From an uncultured Actinomycetes bacterium (GTDB taxonomy: Bacteria > Actinomycetota > Acidimicrobiia > Spongiisociales > DATADW01): a DNA stretch of 56,504 nucleotides. A program made the translations under genes and the position numbers. Location: positions 62,001 to 118,504 of the forward strand of contig CAWGRK010000016.1 in assembly GCA_963824995.1 (NCBI GenBank), in the 5' to 3' direction. The notes beneath the pieces are model-generated. The model was not told the DNA's origin and ran no database searches. It saw only the letters and a list, made by a program, of their open reading frames with translations. The first letter of the stretch is position 1; every line of letters begins with the position of its first letter. This document shows positions 52,126 to 56,504 of the stretch, in pieces.

Positions 52126-52888
52126 TCAAGCCCCTTCGTGAGAGGCTGTCGCATGGTTCGATGGGCAGGCGGCTTTTCGTTGCGTTGGAGCGGAGCCGCA
52201 GGGCGGTTACCACGAACCATGTCGCGAACGTCACAACGAGCATCCGCTGTGGGATCCCTGCTCCGGTTGCACTGGCGGCGGCCAGACCGCCCGCGATGAA
52301 CTGGGGGATCATGATGATTGCCAGCACCGATGCGAACCGATAGATCGGACGCCACCTCATGTCATGTTTGAATTGGCGTGAGACCAGGTTCATGCCGACG
52401 ATCAGACTCAAGAAGATCAGCGGACCATTGATCGCATGGATGGTGCCGGCCAGGGTTGGTGGAGCTCCGTCTAGATCGATCGGGAATGCTGCGGCAACAA
52501 GAAGACCTAAGCCCCAAACCCCCAGAAGCCCGAGGCCGAGGCGAGATTGGGCCGACCTCGACAGGTCTCGACGAAGTCCAATGACCAGCGCCCAAGTAGC
52601 GAGGCTCAGAGCAACCCAGGCAGAGGTCATGAGATAGCCGAATGCTCCGACTGCATACTCACTTGTCGGGCGCTCGATCGGATTGAACTCGGAACTCAAG
52701 AAGTGCAAAGCAGCGAGCAGGACAACGAAACATGTTGTCCCCACGATCGCCAGGGTGGCCAAGACTGCTACCGGCTTTACTGCATGTCGATCCCCCGCGT
52801 GTACATGGGTGGAAACTGCCGTCGGTTCACCACTTTGGCTGGAGCCAACCAGGTGCCGCTCGACGCCGACTTCGTTTTGACCAGACAT
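52121..52888 (-). CDS. DUF998-like membrane protein
   Basis: LHFL..EFNPIERPTSEYAVG, AAAFPID, GTIH, GIPQR; several TM helices. Confidence 0.75.
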   Translation of the reverse strand: MSGQNEVGVERHLVGSSQSGEPTAVSTHVHAGDRHAVKPVAVLATLAIVGTTCFVVLLAALHFLSSEFNPIERPTSEYAVGAFGYLMTSAWVALSLATWALVIGLRRDLSRSAQSRLGLGLLGVWGLGLLVAAAFPIDLDGAPPTLAGTIHAINGPLIFLSLIVGMNLVSRQFKHDMRWRPIYRFASVLAIIMIPQFIAGGLAAASATGAGIPQRMLVVTFATWFVVTALRLRSNATKSRLPIEPCDSLSRRGLT

Positions 52889-53074
52889 ACTCGGTCCTTC
52901 TCTCGACTCCCATCACCGATTTGACAATGAGGGGAACCGTCGGCGACGGCTAGGACATTTAATGAACTGTCTCGACTTTGGCGGGTTGAGGGGTTTGCCT
53001 GGGGGTGTGGCGATGCTCGGACCTGGGGCAACCGGCACGAGGCCGGCTGCGGGGCGGCGGTATGTAGGGGCGAC

Positions 53075-53790
53075 ATGCTGGCCACCCGCCTGCACCGCTC
53101 CCCCCTGGCCGCCGACTCCGCATCGGCCGGTCCCGAGGCGGTGTGGGTGGAGGTCCCCGCGGCCCGGTCGGTGGCCTGCGACCTGGTGGTGGACGGCACC
53201 CGGCTGGTGGTTGCCTCGGCGGTGCGGCAACGGCGGGACGACACCCGCCGAGCCCAGCTCATCGCCCGCACCGAGGCCCAGCTCCTCGCCCCCGGAGGAA
53301 CCGCGTGCGGGTCGGACGGCCTACGGGACCCAGCCAATATCGGCTCGGCCGCCACCCGCATCCTCTCCGCCTCGGGCATCGCCCGGGCCTTCGAGGTGGA
53401 GATCGGCCCGGGACGTTTCCTCTACCACTACAACGAGGAGGCCTGACTACGAGGAGGCCATGGCCGGACGGTACCTGCTCGCCACCTCCCTACCCCAGGA
53501 GGAAGCCTCCACGCAATGGGTGGTCGGACCCCACCGCTCGCTCACCCAGGTCGAGGACCGCTTCCGGATGCTCAACGACTTCCTTCACCTTCGCCCCTCT
53601 GCCACTGGACCGAGACCCCGCTCCGAGGCCACATCGCGGTCTGCGGCTACGCCTCGCTGCTCGAAGCCCGCATCCGCCGGGTCAACCCCCAGCCAGCGGA
53701 GACACCATCCACGTCCTCACCCGCCGCCACCCCCTCCAAGCCAGCATCCTCACCGCCCTCGGAGTCGACACCGGCCACTGGGATAAAAAG
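53075..53790 (+). pseudogene. IS1634-family transposase remnant (C-terminal part, truncated and broken)
   Basis: RRAQLIARTEAQL...IGSAATRIL...GRFLYHYNEEA, GRYLLATSL...RSLTQVEDRFRML.DFLHLRP, HWTE..LRGHIAVC, ILTALGVDT; N-terminal part missing. Confidence 0.7.
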
Positions 53791-53923
53791 CCCACATCCA
53801 ATAACGAGTCCGGCACCCCAAGTGGCCGACTTCGGGAAAACACCCTTCTCTCGCGACCCTTCCACCAGGCGTTTCGCCGACCACCCGGCAAAGTCTGATC
53901 TGATCTGTTGGGGCTTCGCTCAA

Positions 53924-53940
53924 GGTTCATAATTAGAACT
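53924..53940. promoter_or_regulatory. Inverted repeat, possible HxlR operator
   Basis: GGTTC-ATAATTA-GAACT, an AT-rich dyad about 35 bp upstream of ATG 53976. Confidence 0.45.
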
Positions 53941-53975
53941 AGCCGGCTTGACCTGCCCGCGACATACTGGGGACA

Positions 53976-56165
53976 ATGCGGACATACGGTCAGTTCTGCC
54001 CCATCGCCCGGGCGTCCGAGTTCCTGGCCGAGCGGTGGACACCGATCATTCTTCGCAATCTCCTTTTGGGTTGTACGACCTACACCGAGATCGCCGCTGG
54101 CGCGCCCGGCCTCTCCAGAGCCTTGCTAACGAAACGCCTTCGGGAGTTCGAACGAGCAGGAGTAATCAGAATCAAACCGAAGGTGCGTGGGCACGGCTCG
54201 ACCTATGAATTGACCGCGGCCGGTCGTGACTTATGGACCGTTCTCAACGCCTTGGGCGGATGGGGGCAGAAGTGGCTGGATGTGACCCCCGCCCACACGG
54301 ACCCAGACGTGATTCTCTGGTCTTGGTCCACCACGTTTCTACGGCGGGACGAGCTGCCCGAGGGTCGAGTGCTGGTCCGCTTCGAGTTCCCTAACCAGTC
54401 CACTTGGCGGCAGCGGTGCTGGCTCCTGGTGGAAGACGGGGATATGGAGGTCTGCCAAACCGATCCGGGGTTCGAGGAGGACCTGATCGTGGTGATCGCA
54501 GAGTCGATGACCTTTGCGCGCTGGCATCTCGGGCTAGTCGGGTGGGGTGAGGCGCTCCGCTCCGGACACATCGTGATCACAGGACGTCCGGAGTTGGCTC
54601 GGGCTCTCCCCACCTGGAACGCCGGCCCGGATAAGCACGCCCATATGCGGAAAGAAGCCAAGCGCGTTCCCAACCTCCGTCGACCGTATGTGGAACTCGA
54701 TGTGGCGATCGGGGCGACACGACCGACCGCACCGTCTACTTCGACAGGCGGCAATAGCAGGGAAGTCATCCCCGCTTTTGCCGGAAGGGTGATTACGCCG
54801 AGCGATGATGGGTACGACCAAGCGCGGTCGGTCTGGAACGGCGCCGTGGACCGCTATCCCCAGTACGTCGCCCGTTGCAGTAATGCCTCCGACGTCGCCG
54901 CCGTCTTACGATTCGCTCGTTCGCAGGAGCTTCCAATAGCCATCAAAGGGGGCGGACACGGGGTGGCCGGGACGGCTGTGTGCGACGACGGCCTGGTCAT
55001 CGACCTCAGCGCTATGAAGAGCATCACCGTCGACCCCATGGCCCGTACCGCTCGGGCACAGGCGGGGGTCCTCTGGGGCGAGCTGGATCGATCGACGCAG
55101 GCTTTCGGCCTGGCCACAACCGGTGGCACGATGTCCCGCACCGGAGTCTCCGGCCTCACCCTCGGTGGGGGAATCGGCTGGCTTATGCGCAGCTACGGCC
55201 TCACCATCGACAATCTCCAGTCGGTGGAGGTGGTGACGGTCGAAGGGGAGATAGAGACCGTCAGCGATCGCGAGCACCCCGATCTTTTCTGGGCTCTGCG
55301 CGGTGGGGGCGGCAACTTCGGAGTCGTTACATCCTTCACCTATGGACTCCACCCGGTCGGGCCTGTCTTGGCTGGACCTGTGATATGGGCTTTAGAAGAC
55401 GCTCCCGAGATCCTGAGGGCCTACCGCGATTTCACCGCGGCACCGCCACGTGCGCTCAACACTGTCGTGGGTATGCGCAAGGCTCCACCGGCTCCCTTCC
55501 TGCCTGTCGAGCTCCATCACCGACCGATCTGCATGATCGCCATGCTCTGGTTAGGCGACCCCGAAGATGGCGAAAAAGCTCTTGCACCCTTGCGGGCCGC
55601 CGGCCGCCCCCTCCTTGACCTGGTCGCGGTACGTCCATATACCGAAATGCAAACGATGTTTGACGCCGGCGCCCCTGACGGATGGCACTACTACTGGAAA
55701 TCGGCCGTGCTCGGGACGCTCAACGACTCAATCATTGACACTGTGGTCGAACAGGCAACGAGAGTCGAATCCCCGCTGAGCTACGCCGCCTTATTCCAAC
55801 TTGGTGGGGCAGTCGAAGATGTAGCCGAGGATGACACCGCCTACTCCCACCGCGGAGCATCGCACAACCTCACCATCAACGCGGTCTGGCGCCCCAGTCA
55901 GCCGATCGCCGACCGGGAGACCGCCTGGACACGCGAGTTCTTCGGAGCCATCGAGCCATACCAGACCGGCGCGTACGTCAACTTCCTCGACCGCGACGAT
56001 CAGAACCGTGTCCAGGCTGCCTATGGAGACCGCAAATACCAGCGCCTCGCTGACCTCAAACGCCTATTTGACCCCGACAACATCTTCCAGCTCAACCACA
56101 ACATCAAGCCATCAGTGAATCGCCCGGCCGAACATCTCCGGGTGGAGCGCACACATCTGGTCTGA
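53976..56165 (+). CDS. HxlR winged-helix regulator fused to FAD-binding oxidoreductase (BBE/VAO family)
   Basis: YGQFCPIARASEFLAERWTPIILRNL; then YDQARSVWNG, IKGGGHG, GLTLGGGIG, LFWALRGGGGNFGVVT, YVNF, LKRLFDPDNIF in one 729-aa frame. Confidence 0.88.
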   Translation: MRTYGQFCPIARASEFLAERWTPIILRNLLLGCTTYTEIAAGAPGLSRALLTKRLREFERAGVIRIKPKVRGHGSTYELTAAGRDLWTVLNALGGWGQKWLDVTPAHTDPDVILWSWSTTFLRRDELPEGRVLVRFEFPNQSTWRQRCWLLVEDGDMEVCQTDPGFEEDLIVVIAESMTFARWHLGLVGWGEALRSGHIVITGRPELARALPTWNAGPDKHAHMRKEAKRVPNLRRPYVELDVAIGATRPTAPSTSTGGNSREVIPAFAGRVITPSDDGYDQARSVWNGAVDRYPQYVARCSNASDVAAVLRFARSQELPIAIKGGGHGVAGTAVCDDGLVIDLSAMKSITVDPMARTARAQAGVLWGELDRSTQAFGLATTGGTMSRTGVSGLTLGGGIGWLMRSYGLTIDNLQSVEVVTVEGEIETVSDREHPDLFWALRGGGGNFGVVTSFTYGLHPVGPVLAGPVIWALEDAPEILRAYRDFTAAPPRALNTVVGMRKAPPAPFLPVELHHRPICMIAMLWLGDPEDGEKALAPLRAAGRPLLDLVAVRPYTEMQTMFDAGAPDGWHYYWKSAVLGTLNDSIIDTVVEQATRVESPLSYAALFQLGGAVEDVAEDDTAYSHRGASHNLTINAVWRPSQPIADRETAWTREFFGAIEPYQTGAYVNFLDRDDQNRVQAAYGDRKYQRLADLKRLFDPDNIFQLNHNIKPSVNRPAEHLRVERTHLV

Positions 56166-56332
56166 ACTGATCTCCTCGACAAAATGACAGCCAACCAAGC
56201 CATAACGACGGAGAGAGACAGTCCCGGCGACGACGCCGGCCACGCTCAGTAACCGGCATTCTGCACACCCAGCCAGACGTTCCGCGCCATATGTGGGTCG
56301 CCGCGGAGGCCGGCCTCATGGTGGAATCGGTG

Positions 56333-56470
56333 GGGAGCCGCGCCGGGAGCCAAGTTGGGAGCCATTCGCGGTGGACTGAGGCGAACGACTGTGGACTTCG
56401 GTGGATTCGCAAGGCCGTTGTTCCAGCGCTAGTGGACCGACATGGACATCCACGGACACCACTTGGACAT
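56333..56470 (+). repeat. att-arm-like region 2: three GGGAGCCR repeats plus 10-bp-phased YGGA repeats
   Basis: GAGCCR at 56335, 56347, 56359; YGGA-type motifs at 56372, 56382 (CGAAC), 56392, 56402, then 56433, 56443, 56453, 56464. Confidence 0.75.
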
Positions 56471-56504
56471 CTATGGATCAGGAGGTTGGGGGTTCGAGTC
56501 CCTC
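56471..56504 (+). repeat. Direct repeat of the tRNA-Arg 3' half (attR-like copy 2), cut by window end
   Basis: 33/34 identical to 51817-51850. Confidence 0.9.

Larger units (their letters stand above)
52126..56504. mobile_element. Integrase-less ~4.4-kb island integrated at tRNA-Arg
   Basis: Bounded by tRNA 3'-half direct repeats at 52079 and 56471; carries accessory genes and an IS remnant. Confidence 0.7.

Noticed and set aside
51932..56504. CRISPR array suggested by repeated GTGGAC motifs and tRNA-like repeats
   Set aside because: Motifs are 5-6 bp at 10-bp period with no 25-45-bp repeat/spacer structure, and no cas genes are present.

Overview
High-GC bacterial DNA, probably from an actinobacterium (Acidimicrobiia-like, inferred from the SLH repeat type and leaderless promoters). 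Many single-base frameshifts break otherwise intact genes and look like uncorrected long-read indels. 1-36.1 kb is a surface-glycan locus: a probable Wzy/ligase 3' end, 4 standalone sulfotransferases, GT4 glycosyltransferases, an AlgD-like NDP-sugar dehydrogenase, 2 FemAB/GNAT proteins, kinases, an APS kinase, an epimerase, a Wzx flippase and a beta-helix/SLH lipoprotein. Embedded in it, co-oriented with the flippase, is a complete hybrid NRPS-PKS line: (half-C)-A-PCP-sulfotransferase, then KS-AT-ACP-aminotransferase-C-A-PCP, then C-PCP-TE with a Cys nucleophile, then a PPTase. 36-51.7 kb holds a large repeat-rich secreted protein, DinB, a small basic protein, a DHFR-cyclase fusion and a DeoR-regulated sugar ABC/galT operon. 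51.8-56.5 kb is tRNA-Arg(ACG) followed by two tandem integrase-less units (262 bp and 4392 bp). Each unit ends in a copy of the tRNA 3' half preceded by identically phased 10-bp repeats. The larger unit carries DUF998, an IS1634 remnant and an HxlR-FAD oxidase fusion. Family assignments come from motifs read by eye; no database searches were run.
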